Source: Gammaproteobacteria bacterium
Lineage (GTDB): Bacteria > Pseudomonadota > Gammaproteobacteria > Nitrosococcales > Methylophagaceae
Assembly (NCBI GenBank): GCA_003645385.1
Contig: QNEY01000001.1
Location: forward strand, 1 to 53,406
DNA length: 53,406 nt
Reading direction: 5' to 3'
The notes beneath the pieces were generated by a model. The model searched no databases and was not told where the DNA came from. It saw only the letters and a program-made list of their open reading frames with translations. The position numbers were made by a program, and so were the translations under genes. Shown here piece by piece: positions 8,014 through 17,091 of this stretch. The stretch's first letter is position 1. Each line of letters begins with the position of its first letter.

Positions 8014-10463
8014 TGAAAGCAAGCAAAACACCGCCACAAAATCTTGAAGCAGAAGCATCTGTGCTTGGCTCAATGTTATTGTTACCAGAACAGATCCCAC
8101 TGATTGTTGGTAAGCTGGATCAGAACGATTTTTATATGACACAGAATGCTTTGGTATATTCTGCCATGCTTCACTTGATTGACAAGAACATCAAGATTGA
8201 TCTTGTCACATTGAAAGAAAGACTTGTTTCATGCAATGAACTTGATGAAGCAGGTGGAATAAAACGCTTGATTGAACTTGAAGAAATTGTGCCACATGCA
8301 CAGAACTTGAAAGAGTATGTGGATATTGTTCACAACTATTCAATCAGAAGGAAAATGTTGTATGCTGCACAGATTACAACCGATCTTGCATATGACGGAT
8401 CAATACCACTTGATGACGTTGTTGATTCTGCACAAAGAGAAATTGAAGCAGTTGCAACAAGATTTGATATGATCAATCGTGGTTCTGGCATTGACAGCAA
8501 AGATCATCTGATGGAAGAAATCTATACTGAAATAAAATCAGATAGCACATTAGACAGATCGACCGGATATATTGGCATTGACTACTCGCTCGGTGGAATT
8601 AAATCATCTGATATGATAGTGCTGGCTGGTAGACCAAGTTCGGGCAAAGCACAGCCCTTGGATGCAAAAGTATTGACACCTAATGGATTTGTATTAATGG
8701 GAAGTTTGAAACTGAATGATTATGTTTTAACACCAGATGGCAGCAAGTCTAAAGTAATTGGCATTTATGAACAGGGAGTTAAATCAGTTTATGAATTGCA
8801 ATTTTCTGATGATTCAAAATCTCAATGCACAGAAGATCATTTGTGGTTGACAACAACACGCAATGAACGCAGATCAAGATTAAGAAAAGATGGAAAAGTT
8901 AGAACGCTCAAGGAAATTAAAAACACATTAATTAGACAAGATGGGCAAGCTGGAAACCATCAAATACCGTGGACAAAACCTGTGGAGTTCAAATCGCAAA
9001 AAGAAATACTGCCAATAGAACCATATCTATTGGGAATGTTTTTAGGTGATGGCAGATATGATAGAACAGTCAAAATATGGAATGAAGAAAAAGATTTGCA
9101 AGATAAAATAATTAGCAAATTACATATTGATGATACTGCAACAATAACAGAACCAAATATAATCAGGATTGAAAGAAAAAAACGAAATAATCAGAAATCT
9201 GAATTTGCTAAAAGTTTAGATGAATTAGGATTAAGCATTCCGGGGTCTGCCTATAAATTTATACCGTCAATCTATTTATACGCTTCCCCGTTTGACAGAT
9301 TGGAATTGTTAAGAGGATTAGTTGATTCTGATGGATATGTTAATAACGGTGCTTTAGTTGAATATTCTACTATTTCAGAAATGCTGAAAGATGATATTAG
9401 TTTTTTGATTCGATCTTTAGGTGGAAAAGTTACAGTAACAGAGAAACCAAAACCACGCTATACCTATAAGGGAGATATGAAAATAGGTAAATTGGCATAT
9501 CGCATTTTCTTTTCATTTCAAAATAATACAGTTCCAGTTTCATCAAAAAAACATTTATCAAGATGGAAAGGACTTAAACGTATAGCAGGTCACGCAATTA
9601 AATCTGTAAGATACATTGGCAAGAAAATATGCAGATGTATTCAAATAGAAGATCATAGAGGATTGTATTTGACAGATGATTTTATCCCAACACACAACAC
9701 AACGCTTGCATTGAACATTGCAAACAATATGGCAATTGCAAAGCACCGTGTGGTGATCTTCACGCTTGAAACTTCAAAGTCAGAAATATACAAAACATTT
9801 CTATCTATGAACGGTGGTGCTTTTAGATTCAAATTCAATCCATTCTGGAAAGATAAGTGGAACAGTCTTAATTCAGAATACACAAACAAAGCCCATGAGT
9901 TTTGCAAAAATCTTGATGTTCAAATTCGTGATGAAAAAGAGCTGTATAGGAATCCCAGAAAGATCAGAAATTATTTATTGCAGCAAGACAGAAAAAGAAA
10001 GATCGGTCTCGTCATCATTGACCAGTTTACGTTGATGAATCACGACCATAATCAGAACCGCAAAGACTTGAACATGGAAATGTCAAGCAACATTATCCAG
10101 AACATGTGCAAAGACTTAGAAATCCCAGTAATACTTTTGCATCAATTAAATAGATCGGTTGAAAAAGATGTCCGGTATCCAAACATGTCTGATCTCCGTG
10201 AATGTGGAGCATTGGAACAAGATGCAGATGCAATCATCTTTCTGTCAAAAGTAATTAAAGCAAATGAGTCAGGTGGCAGAATGTTTGACGAAAAAGGTAA
10301 AGATCGAATTTGCTCAATTGCGAAATCAAAACTCGGTGCTGTTGAAAGTTATTCAATGCAATTGGCAACAGACACAATGACATTCATTGCAGACAACGAG
10401 CAAGAAGAAATGATCAAATTGAAAATGGAAGAAATGAAAGGCACTCTTTCAAAATGGGAATAA
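8013..10463 (+). CDS. dnaB: Replicative DNA helicase DnaB, interrupted by an intein
   Basis: N-terminal PPQNLEAEASVLGSMLL signature. Walker A is split as GRPSSGK / TTLALN. C-terminal RecA-like motifs (VIIDQF, LHQLNRSVE, SDLRECGALEQDAD). The mature extein would be 466 aa. Confidence 0.93.
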   Translation: MKASKTPPQNLEAEASVLGSMLLLPEQIPLIVGKLDQNDFYMTQNALVYSAMLHLIDKNIKIDLVTLKERLVSCNELDEAGGIKRLIELEEIVPHAQNLKEYVDIVHNYSIRRKMLYAAQITTDLAYDGSIPLDDVVDSAQREIEAVATRFDMINRGSGIDSKDHLMEEIYTEIKSDSTLDRSTGYIGIDYSLGGIKSSDMIVLAGRPSSGKAQPLDAKVLTPNGFVLMGSLKLNDYVLTPDGSKSKVIGIYEQGVKSVYELQFSDDSKSQCTEDHLWLTTTRNERRSRLRKDGKVRTLKEIKNTLIRQDGQAGNHQIPWTKPVEFKSQKEILPIEPYLLGMFLGDGRYDRTVKIWNEEKDLQDKIISKLHIDDTATITEPNIIRIERKKRNNQKSEFAKSLDELGLSIPGSAYKFIPSIYLYASPFDRLELLRGLVDSDGYVNNGALVEYSTISEMLKDDISFLIRSLGGKVTVTEKPKPRYTYKGDMKIGKLAYRIFFSFQNNTVPVSSKKHLSRWKGLKRIAGHAIKSVRYIGKKICRCIQIEDHRGLYLTDDFIPTHNTTLALNIANNMAIAKHRVVIFTLETSKSEIYKTFLSMNGGAFRFKFNPFWKDKWNSLNSEYTNKAHEFCKNLDVQIRDEKELYRNPRKIRNYLLQQDRKRKIGLVIIDQFTLMNHDHNQNRKDLNMEMSSNIIQNMCKDLEIPVILLHQLNRSVEKDVRYPNMSDLRECGALEQDADAIIFLSKVIKANESGGRMFDEKGKDRICSIAKSKLGAVESYSMQLATDTMTFIADNEQEEMIKLKMEEMKGTLSKWE
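8649..9698 (+). mobile_element. Class 3-type intein with LAGLIDADG homing endonuclease, in the DnaB P-loop
   Basis: A 350-codon in-frame insert. It starts AQPLDAKVLTPNGF, has block B TEDHLWL, two LAGLIDADG motifs (LLGMFLGDGRY, LLRGLVDSDGYV), block F CRCIQIED and block G IPTHN, followed by Thr+1. Excision restores GRPSSGKTT. Confidence 0.9.
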
Positions 10464-10477
10464 TGAAAGGTTAAATC

Positions 10478-10948
10478 ATGGAACAAAAACAAATTGATTT
10501 CAACGCAAATAAGCACCCACTTGTCATTGTCGATCCGATCAATCAAAAAGGTCAAGATCATAAGCAGATGACAAAAGACTTTATTGAATTTCACAATGCA
10601 AATAAAGCTGTTTATTCGATTTTCAAAAAGATTGCTCAAGAAATGTTTGACAAAGGCTTTGAAAGATTTTCGATGATCTCAGTGACCGAAAGATTCCGCT
10701 GGGAGTATGTAGAACAAACGACTGATAAGAACTTCAAGATCAATGACAAACACGGTTCATTTTATGCGAGATTACTTGCTTGCGATATGCCAGAACTTCG
10801 TAGCTGGTTCAAGTTCAAACGCTGCAAAGCTGATAATGATTTGTTTTATGAATTTCTGAAACATGAAACTGGTGTGATTGATCCCGTTGCAATATTTATT
10901 TCAAACAATGAAAGTGAGAAACAATGTCAAATCAAAGATACACTATAA
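10478..10948 (+). CDS. Hypothetical protein
   Basis: 156-aa ORF with an AAAGG SD. I cannot name any motif. Confidence 0.55.
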   Translation: MEQKQIDFNANKHPLVIVDPINQKGQDHKQMTKDFIEFHNANKAVYSIFKKIAQEMFDKGFERFSMISVTERFRWEYVEQTTDKNFKINDKHGSFYARLLACDMPELRSWFKFKRCKADNDLFYEFLKHETGVIDPVAIFISNNESEKQCQIKDTL

Positions 10949-11235
10949 AATGCTCTGTCTGTGAACGATCAATGTATATGTCAATTGAAGAACCAGTTGG
11001 CAAAGAAGTTTGCTGTCACTGCATGACACCAGAAGAAATATTTGAACTGAAAAAAGAACATGAAAAGATGATAAAAATTGGAAGTATCATGCTGGACTTT
11101 TTGAATCATGGTGAAGGATATATTACTGATAAATATTGTCCAGATGGATTGCTTCAATCGTTCACAGAAGAAACACAGAAACAGGCAAAGGAATTATTTG
11201 GAGATAAAATATGTCGGAACGCTTACTTGCAATAG
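10924..11235 (+). CDS. Small zinc-finger protein
   Basis: CSVCERS ... CCHC cysteine pairs. Overlaps both neighbouring genes in operon fashion. Confidence 0.5.
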   Translation: MSNQRYTIKCSVCERSMYMSIEEPVGKEVCCHCMTPEEIFELKKEHEKMIKIGSIMLDFLNHGEGYITDKYCPDGLLQSFTEETQKQAKELFGDKICRNAYLQ

Positions 11236-11768
11236 ACTTTGGCAGAACATTCGGATGGTGCTACGATCCATATGTCAAGGGCATGAGCGGAAGCATCTAT
11301 CTTGAAAGTGACAATGAGGGACATCGTTATTTGCAATTCCATAGATGGCTACAAATGCAATTCAATCAAGGGCTTAATCATGTCTCATATGAAAGACCTA
11401 TCGGATACCATCAGCCGATAACCATCAAGCCGTTTGCATTTTATGAATGCACAGTTTTAATGATGTGTGCATGTTACAATGTATCATTTTCATGCACATA
11501 TCCATCAACCTTGAAAGCATATACTACCGGCTCTGGAAAAGCTGATAAGAAAGATATGATTAAAACAATTCAACGTATCATACCAGACTTAGAATTAATG
11601 GATGACAATCATTGTGACGCAGTTGCTATCTGGCTATGGGGCAACGACAACGAAGCTCAAGCCGATGAAGTTAAACGAATCAAAGACCTGAAAGAGAAAA
11701 AGGCGGCTGATCGCAATAAAAAATCCGCTGAAAAGAAAGCAGCAAAAAATCAAAAGAAACTTTTTTAA
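11211..11768 (+). CDS. RuvC-like Holliday junction resolvase
   Basis: Catalytic acidic residues in order: LLAIDFG, SYERPIG, DDNHCDAVAIWLWG. Basic C-terminal tail. Confidence 0.75.
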   Translation: MSERLLAIDFGRTFGWCYDPYVKGMSGSIYLESDNEGHRYLQFHRWLQMQFNQGLNHVSYERPIGYHQPITIKPFAFYECTVLMMCACYNVSFSCTYPSTLKAYTTGSGKADKKDMIKTIQRIIPDLELMDDNHCDAVAIWLWGNDNEAQADEVKRIKDLKEKKAADRNKKSAEKKAAKNQKKLF

Positions 11769-11795
11769 TTTAACATTAACTGGAGGATTTTAAGA

Positions 11796-12146
11796 ATGAA
11801 CACAAAAGAACAGCAGCAGTATTTGATTGAAGATGAAATGCGGAAGGCACTTGATGTCTGGACCGAAGCCAGCAATGCCGTCAAGACTCTTGAAGAAAGT
11901 CACAAGCAAGCAATCAAAGAATTGAAAGATGAACAGAAAGGCGAAATGCAGAACAAGAATGAAGATTATGACAGCTCATTATCTGGCATCAAAAAGATTA
12001 TGAGAAAGCACGATCTGGAAATTCAAATCGTCACCATGAAAAATGGCACTGTCAAAGAAATCAGATTTGATAAAAGAATCACAATCACCGATGTTGACAG
12101 TGATGCTGCACAGACTTTGCCCGGCATGAAAGAAGATGACGAATAA
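11796..12146 (+). CDS. Hypothetical coiled-coil protein
   Basis: GGAGG SD. 116-aa ORF. Confidence 0.55.
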   Translation: MNTKEQQQYLIEDEMRKALDVWTEASNAVKTLEESHKQAIKELKDEQKGEMQNKNEDYDSSLSGIKKIMRKHDLEIQIVTMKNGTVKEIRFDKRITITDVDSDAAQTLPGMKEDDE

Positions 12147-12154
12147 ATAAAAAT

Positions 12155-12240
12155 GCTGGATGGGTGTTGATAATCACCCCCATTTGTAAGCAGGTGGGGT
12201 CTGCCGAATATAAAGAATAAGTCAGAGACACCTATCCAGC
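12155..12240 (+). other. 86-nt structured intergenic element closed by a 12-bp stem
   Basis: GCTGGATGGGTG (12155..12166) pairs with CACCTATCCAGC (12229..12240), with one G-U. Internal alternatives are GGGTG/CACCC and ACCCC/GGGGT. Lies just upstream of the C5-methylase gene. Confidence 0.35.
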
Positions 12241-12258
12241 TAACTTTGAAAGGTTAAA

Positions 12259-13341
12259 ATGGCTATAAATGTTTTATCATTATTTGACGGCATGAGTTGC
12301 GGACAAATCGCATTGAATCGAACCGGAATTGAATACGATAATTACTTTGCTTCCGAAATAGATAAATATGCGATTAAAGTTACTCGAGCCAACTATCCAG
12401 ATACTATTCAGTTGGGAGATATCAGGCATGTTGAAGCTGTTGATTTACCTAAGATTGATTTGTTAATAGGTGGTTCTCCGTGTCAGGGGTTTAGTTTTTC
12501 TGGCAAGCAATTAAACTTTGATGATCCTAGAAGCGCATTATTTTTTGAGTTCGTCCGATTGCTGAAAGAATGCAAGCCTAAATATTTCCTCCTTGAAAAC
12601 GTGATAATGTCTCAAGAAAGTAACGATGTGATTAGCTGTACGTTAGGTGAGATGTTCCCAAATTGCGTGAGCCAAAAACAACTTTTCCAAGCCGGTAGAC
12701 TTGAGCCTATTTGTATCAATTCCGCTTTAGTATCGGCTCAAAACAGGAAACGATTATATTGGACAAACATCCCAGGGCTTACGCAGCCAAAAGACAAAGG
12801 AATCATTTTAGAGGATGTATTGGAAGATTGCTCCAATTCAGTATATCAACGAGGCAGAGGCAATAACAAGGGCGGCATTAAAAGCAATAAAAGCCCTTCT
12901 ATAACATCTAGTCGGTGGGAAGAAAATGTAAAGGTTCCTGTTATTAAAATTAACAATGAACTGATATATAAGCCTCATAAGTCTCAATGTTTAGTGGCTA
13001 ATTATTATAAAGGTAGTGATAATCACGGAATGAGAACCGGCTGTATCGAAGTTGGTCATGCCGAAATAAACGGAAATGACATACTGAAAAGAGTATATTC
13101 ACCTAAAGGCAAATCTCCCACATTGACAGCTATTTGCGGAGGTAATCAAGAAAATAAGATAGCAATAGATCATAAAAGGTGGAGAAAATTAACTCCGGTA
13201 GAATGTGAAAAATTGCAAACTGTCCCGGACAATTACACAAACCACGTAAGCCCTACGCAACGATATAAAATGTTAGGCAATGGATGGACTGTTGATGTGA
13301 TAGTCCACATTATAAAAAGTATGAAAGATTGCCCAGAGTAA
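12259..13341 (+). CDS. DNA (cytosine-5)-methyltransferase
   Basis: Motif I LSLFDGMSCG, motif IV GGSPCQGFS, motif VI LLENV, motif VIII QNRKRLY, motif X GNGWTV, all in canonical order. Confidence 0.9.
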   Translation: MAINVLSLFDGMSCGQIALNRTGIEYDNYFASEIDKYAIKVTRANYPDTIQLGDIRHVEAVDLPKIDLLIGGSPCQGFSFSGKQLNFDDPRSALFFEFVRLLKECKPKYFLLENVIMSQESNDVISCTLGEMFPNCVSQKQLFQAGRLEPICINSALVSAQNRKRLYWTNIPGLTQPKDKGIILEDVLEDCSNSVYQRGRGNNKGGIKSNKSPSITSSRWEENVKVPVIKINNELIYKPHKSQCLVANYYKGSDNHGMRTGCIEVGHAEINGNDILKRVYSPKGKSPTLTAICGGNQENKIAIDHKRWRKLTPVECEKLQTVPDNYTNHVSPTQRYKMLGNGWTVDVIVHIIKSMKDCPE

Positions 13342-13352
13342 AGGAAAAATGA

Positions 13353-13559
13353 ATGACCAACAGTCTAAGTGAAACACAAAAAGCCTTGTGCATATCTCAT
13401 TTGAAAAAACTTATTGAAGATATTGAAAATGGCGACCAGGAGCTTGTTGAAGTTGTTGTCAAAAATTCTGGACTTGTAAAACAAGTTGATTTCGTAATGG
13501 AAAAAGATGAATGGGTTGATGATTTTGAAAACTCATTGAATTGCAATAAAGCAAATTAG
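13353..13559 (+). CDS. Hypothetical small acidic protein
   Basis: 68-aa ORF with an AAGGA SD. Confidence 0.45.
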   Translation: MTNSLSETQKALCISHLKKLIEDIENGDQELVEVVVKNSGLVKQVDFVMEKDEWVDDFENSLNCNKAN

Positions 13560-13568
13560 GAAAATAAA

Positions 13569-14261
13569 ATGAAAAATAAGAAAGCAACTGGAACAAAAGA
13601 ATACCCAATATTATTTAACGCTGAAATGGTGAAAGCCATATTGGATGGTCGAAAAACTGTTACGAGGCGACCGATTAAACCGCAGCCAATGCAAAATTAC
13701 GGACCAAGTGGAGAGCCAAATGGTCTTAGGTTCAAAGATATTATGGACAGTCTGCCATGTGATTTGATTGAATATTGCCCATACGGTCAAGTCGGTGATT
13801 TACTCTGGGTTAGGGAAAATTGTTATATTGCGCCGCCATTATTTGGCGATAAAGTGGATGAAAATTGCGTTGATTATAAAGGACAGGGTAGGGTTGTTGG
13901 ATACTCTGCAAGTATGGACTCTGAGTCTGTCCGTTGTGCTAATGATTATGGCGTAAAGCAAACTCCATCTATTCACATGTTCCGTTGGGCATCCAGAATA
14001 ACTCTCAGAATAAAATCTGTCAAAGTAGAACAGATACAAGATATTTGGCAGTATAAAGATGGTGGAAAAACAGAAGGTATCGCAGAGAATGGACAATTTT
14101 ACTATGACTATATTAGAAAAGAATATTGCCGAACATGTAGTGTGAGTGGTTTACAATCGTTATGGGATACCATTTATAAGAAACAGGGTTTAGGTTTTGA
14201 TGAAAACCCGTGGATATGGCTGATCGAATTTGAAGTAATTAAATCTGGAATGGATAAGTAA
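13569..14261 (+). CDS. ASCH-like domain protein
   Basis: ILFNAEMVKAILDGRKTVTRRPIK, GDLLWVRE and PSIHMFRWASRITLRIKSVKVEQIQDI resemble ASCH-like proteins common beside phage methylases. Confidence 0.5.
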   Translation: MKNKKATGTKEYPILFNAEMVKAILDGRKTVTRRPIKPQPMQNYGPSGEPNGLRFKDIMDSLPCDLIEYCPYGQVGDLLWVRENCYIAPPLFGDKVDENCVDYKGQGRVVGYSASMDSESVRCANDYGVKQTPSIHMFRWASRITLRIKSVKVEQIQDIWQYKDGGKTEGIAENGQFYYDYIRKEYCRTCSVSGLQSLWDTIYKKQGLGFDENPWIWLIEFEVIKSGMDK

Positions 14262-15073
14262 TGACCGAAATTAAATGGACTGCTGAAAAAGTTGCTGGAT
14301 TATTACGTGAGAAATATAGCCACCCAAAATGGTCAACATTTTCTGAATTGCGTAACAGCACAGGATATGGTATGCGACAAAGATATTTTGATTTCTTTGC
14401 TATTAACACATGGCCTTCAGAACACATTAAAGTCTGCTATGAAATAAAAGTATCCCGTAGTGATTTCTTGCATGAGTTGGATAATCCAAAAAAACGTAAA
14501 GATGGGATGAATCTTTCAAATGAATTTTGGTTCATTGCTCCGAAAGGTTGCATCAAAGAAAGTGAAGTGCCTGAAGGTTGTGGCTATATGATGGCAACTG
14601 ATGGTGGAATGTTGAAAAGAATTATGGCAGCAAGATACAGTGAAACACAACCGATTGACGATGTGTTTTTATGCTCTGTTTTGCGTGCTGCTGACAATTA
14701 TGAATATTCAAATGCCAAAATATTTAAGTATGCTGGCAAAGATTTAACTGAAAAAGAGTTGCTGAAAATAGTTAAATCAACATTTGCGAAATGGCAAGAA
14801 TATGAAATTGAAGATAAAGTCAGAGAAAGAATCAAAGATATTAGAAAAGAGTATAACGATAAACAATTGTCATTGAAAGAAGATGAACGATATATTGCTA
14901 TTGGTAAAGAAATATCTCAGCTTCTTGACACTGACACTTATTATGGTTACAGCAAAATGATAAAAGAATTTTTTGATAATTTTGGTGCTGACAAAATAGA
15001 AAGTGCTATTGCTCATTTACAATATGCAAAAGATATAGTTGATAAATTCAAAATATTAAAAGGAGATAATTAA
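14261..15073 (+). CDS. Putative PD-(D/E)XK nuclease (MmcB-like)
   Basis: YFDFFAIN ... CYEIKVSRSDF gives a D...E-x-K arrangement. ATG overlaps the upstream stop (TAATG). Confidence 0.45.
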   Translation: MTEIKWTAEKVAGLLREKYSHPKWSTFSELRNSTGYGMRQRYFDFFAINTWPSEHIKVCYEIKVSRSDFLHELDNPKKRKDGMNLSNEFWFIAPKGCIKESEVPEGCGYMMATDGGMLKRIMAARYSETQPIDDVFLCSVLRAADNYEYSNAKIFKYAGKDLTEKELLKIVKSTFAKWQEYEIEDKVRERIKDIRKEYNDKQLSLKEDERYIAIGKEISQLLDTDTYYGYSKMIKEFFDNFGADKIESAIAHLQYAKDIVDKFKILKGDN

Positions 15074-15364
15074 ATGGAAGAAATTAAACTTGAAGGAAAA
15101 GCAAAAGAAGCTGAAGAACAGACAAAGAAATCAATGGCAGAAACACAAGAAGTCAATGACAATCTGAAAGTGATTGCAGCAAAATCTGCCAGCCCGAAAG
15201 CAAACATAAAAGAAATCAAAGCAGAAATGACCAAAGAGTATTTCAAAGTATTTGCAGTTGGTGACGGCTACGATTTCAAAGGCAGAAAATTCAGATTGAA
15301 GCACATTGACAAGAATCACAATCACTTGATTTTTGAATCAGTCGATCTGCCAAAAACTCGATAG
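15074..15364 (+). CDS. Hypothetical protein
   Basis: AAGGAG SD. 96-aa ORF. Confidence 0.5.
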   Translation: MEEIKLEGKAKEAEEQTKKSMAETQEVNDNLKVIAAKSASPKANIKEIKAEMTKEYFKVFAVGDGYDFKGRKFRLKHIDKNHNHLIFESVDLPKTR

Positions 15365-15373
15365 GAAAATTAT

Positions 15374-15724
15374 ATGAAAACTGAACAATTAATATATCTG
15401 GCAAGTCCATACACAGATGATTCTGCAAAGATAGTCAATGAACGATATGAAGCAACATGCAAGATCACAGCTTTATTGTTGAGTCAAGGATTATATGTTT
15501 ACAGTCCGATTGTGCATGGTCATTGCTTGATAGGTTATGGACTTGAAACGGATTGGGAAAATTGGAAGCATTTTGACAAACTGATGATAGATAAATCTGA
15601 TATTATCTACGTGTTGATGATTGACGGTTGGAATGAGTCAATTGGTGTCAACGCTGAAATTAGATATGCGATTGACTTAGGCATGGATGTTAAATACTTA
15701 GATGTCAACGGAGAAATTCAATGA
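15374..15724 (+). CDS. DUF1937-like / nucleoside 2-deoxyribosyltransferase-fold protein
   Basis: LIYLASPYTDD...YVYSPIVHGH and WNESIGVNAEIRYA match the DUF1937 pattern as I recall it. Confidence 0.5.
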   Translation: MKTEQLIYLASPYTDDSAKIVNERYEATCKITALLLSQGLYVYSPIVHGHCLIGYGLETDWENWKHFDKLMIDKSDIIYVLMIDGWNESIGVNAEIRYAIDLGMDVKYLDVNGEIQ

Positions 15725-17091
15725 TTAAACCAAACGGAAATATTGAGCATATGAATTATCATCAATTTATTAAAACCAAAGAGCGTAACATTCAACCTAG
15801 TGGATTTTCAGATGATGTATCTGGATATGGATTATTTGATTTTCAGGAGCATTTAACTTCGTGGGCATTGGAGCAAGGTAAGTCTGCGATATTTGCAGAT
15901 TGCGGATTAGGCAAAACACCGATGCAACTTGTATGGGCTGATCGTATAGCTAGAAAATTTGGAAAAGTCTTGATCGTATCACCATTAGCAGTATCAGACC
16001 AGACAGTAAGAGAGGCTAAGAAGTTTGGCATTGACGGAGTTAAAAGATCGAAAAATGGAGACACTTACAGAATCACAGTTACTAATTACGAGAGATTGCA
16101 TTATTTTTCACCAGATGAATTTTCAGGGATTGTATGCGATGAATCATCAATCTTGAAAAACTATGCAGGCAAGACTCGTCAAGCGATAACAGATTTTATG
16201 CAGAAAATACCATACAGATTACTATGCACAGCAACTCCAGCACCTAATGATTATATGGAGCTTGGCACTTCATGCGAGGCGTTATCTATCATGCGTAGAG
16301 TTGAAATGTTAGCAATGTATTTTATACATAATAGCGGCAGCACTCAAGCATGGGATTTGAAAGGTCATGCAGCGGATGTGTTTTGGCGGTTCATGGCTTT
16401 ATGGTCTAGGGCGATGCGTAAGCCAAGCGATCTAGGATTTGATGATGGTGATTTTATTCTGCCAGAACTTAAGCATAATCTTATCACAGTTAAAAGTAAG
16501 CCTCTACATGGCGATTTGTTTCCGGTGGAAGCATTGACTCTAAACGATCAAAGGGCTGAACGTAGAAGCACTCTTGATGACAGGTGTAAGGCTGTAGCTG
16601 ATATTGCTAATAGTAATGACGATTCTTTTTTGGCATGGTGTTCTTTGAATGCAGAATCCGATTGTTTGACAAAATATATAAATGGTGCCGTATCAGTTAG
16701 TGGGTCTGATTCAGACGATGAAAAAGAACGTAAGATGATGGAATTTTCAGATGGCACTATCAGATGTCTTGTCACAAAACCAAAAATCTCTGGATTCGGT
16801 TTAAATTGGCAACATTGTAATCAGATGAGTTTCTTCCCATCTCACTCGCATGAGCAATATTATCAAGCCGTTCGTAGATGTTGGCGGTTTGGACAGGAAA
16901 ACGATGTAACAGTTAATATTGTTACTTCCGAAGGTGAGATAGCAGTTCTTGAAAACATGCGAAGAAAAGAAGTAGCAGCCAATGCAATGTTTGATTCGAT
17001 AATTAAACATATGACAAACGCTATTAAAAATATTGATAACACTTACAAACCAAATAGAAAAATGGAGATACCGGCATGGCTAAATGTATGA
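15721..17091 (+). CDS. SNF2-family helicase/ATPase
   Basis: Motif I ADCGLGKT, motif II VCDESS, motif III CTATPAPN, motif VI QAVRRCWRFGQ. ATGA overlap with the upstream gene. Confidence 0.8.
   Translation: MIKPNGNIEHMNYHQFIKTKERNIQPSGFSDDVSGYGLFDFQEHLTSWALEQGKSAIFADCGLGKTPMQLVWADRIARKFGKVLIVSPLAVSDQTVREAKKFGIDGVKRSKNGDTYRITVTNYERLHYFSPDEFSGIVCDESSILKNYAGKTRQAITDFMQKIPYRLLCTATPAPNDYMELGTSCEALSIMRRVEMLAMYFIHNSGSTQAWDLKGHAADVFWRFMALWSRAMRKPSDLGFDDGDFILPELKHNLITVKSKPLHGDLFPVEALTLNDQRAERRSTLDDRCKAVADIANSNDDSFLAWCSLNAESDCLTKYINGAVSVSGSDSDDEKERKMMEFSDGTIRCLVTKPKISGFGLNWQHCNQMSFFPSHSHEQYYQAVRRCWRFGQENDVTVNIVTSEGEIAVLENMRRKEVAANAMFDSIIKHMTNAIKNIDNTYKPNRKMEIPAWLNV

Noticed and set aside
7750-8142. 130-aa minus-strand ORF spanning the replication-organiser/dnaB junction
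   Set aside because: It is opposite two tightly coupled plus-strand genes and has no recognisable features.
12155-12240. Possible tRNA in the intergenic gap
   Set aside because: The 12-bp closing stem, 86-nt length and lack of a T-loop (GTTCRANNC) or a cloverleaf with a 7-bp acceptor do not fit a tRNA. It is kept only as an unclassified structured element.
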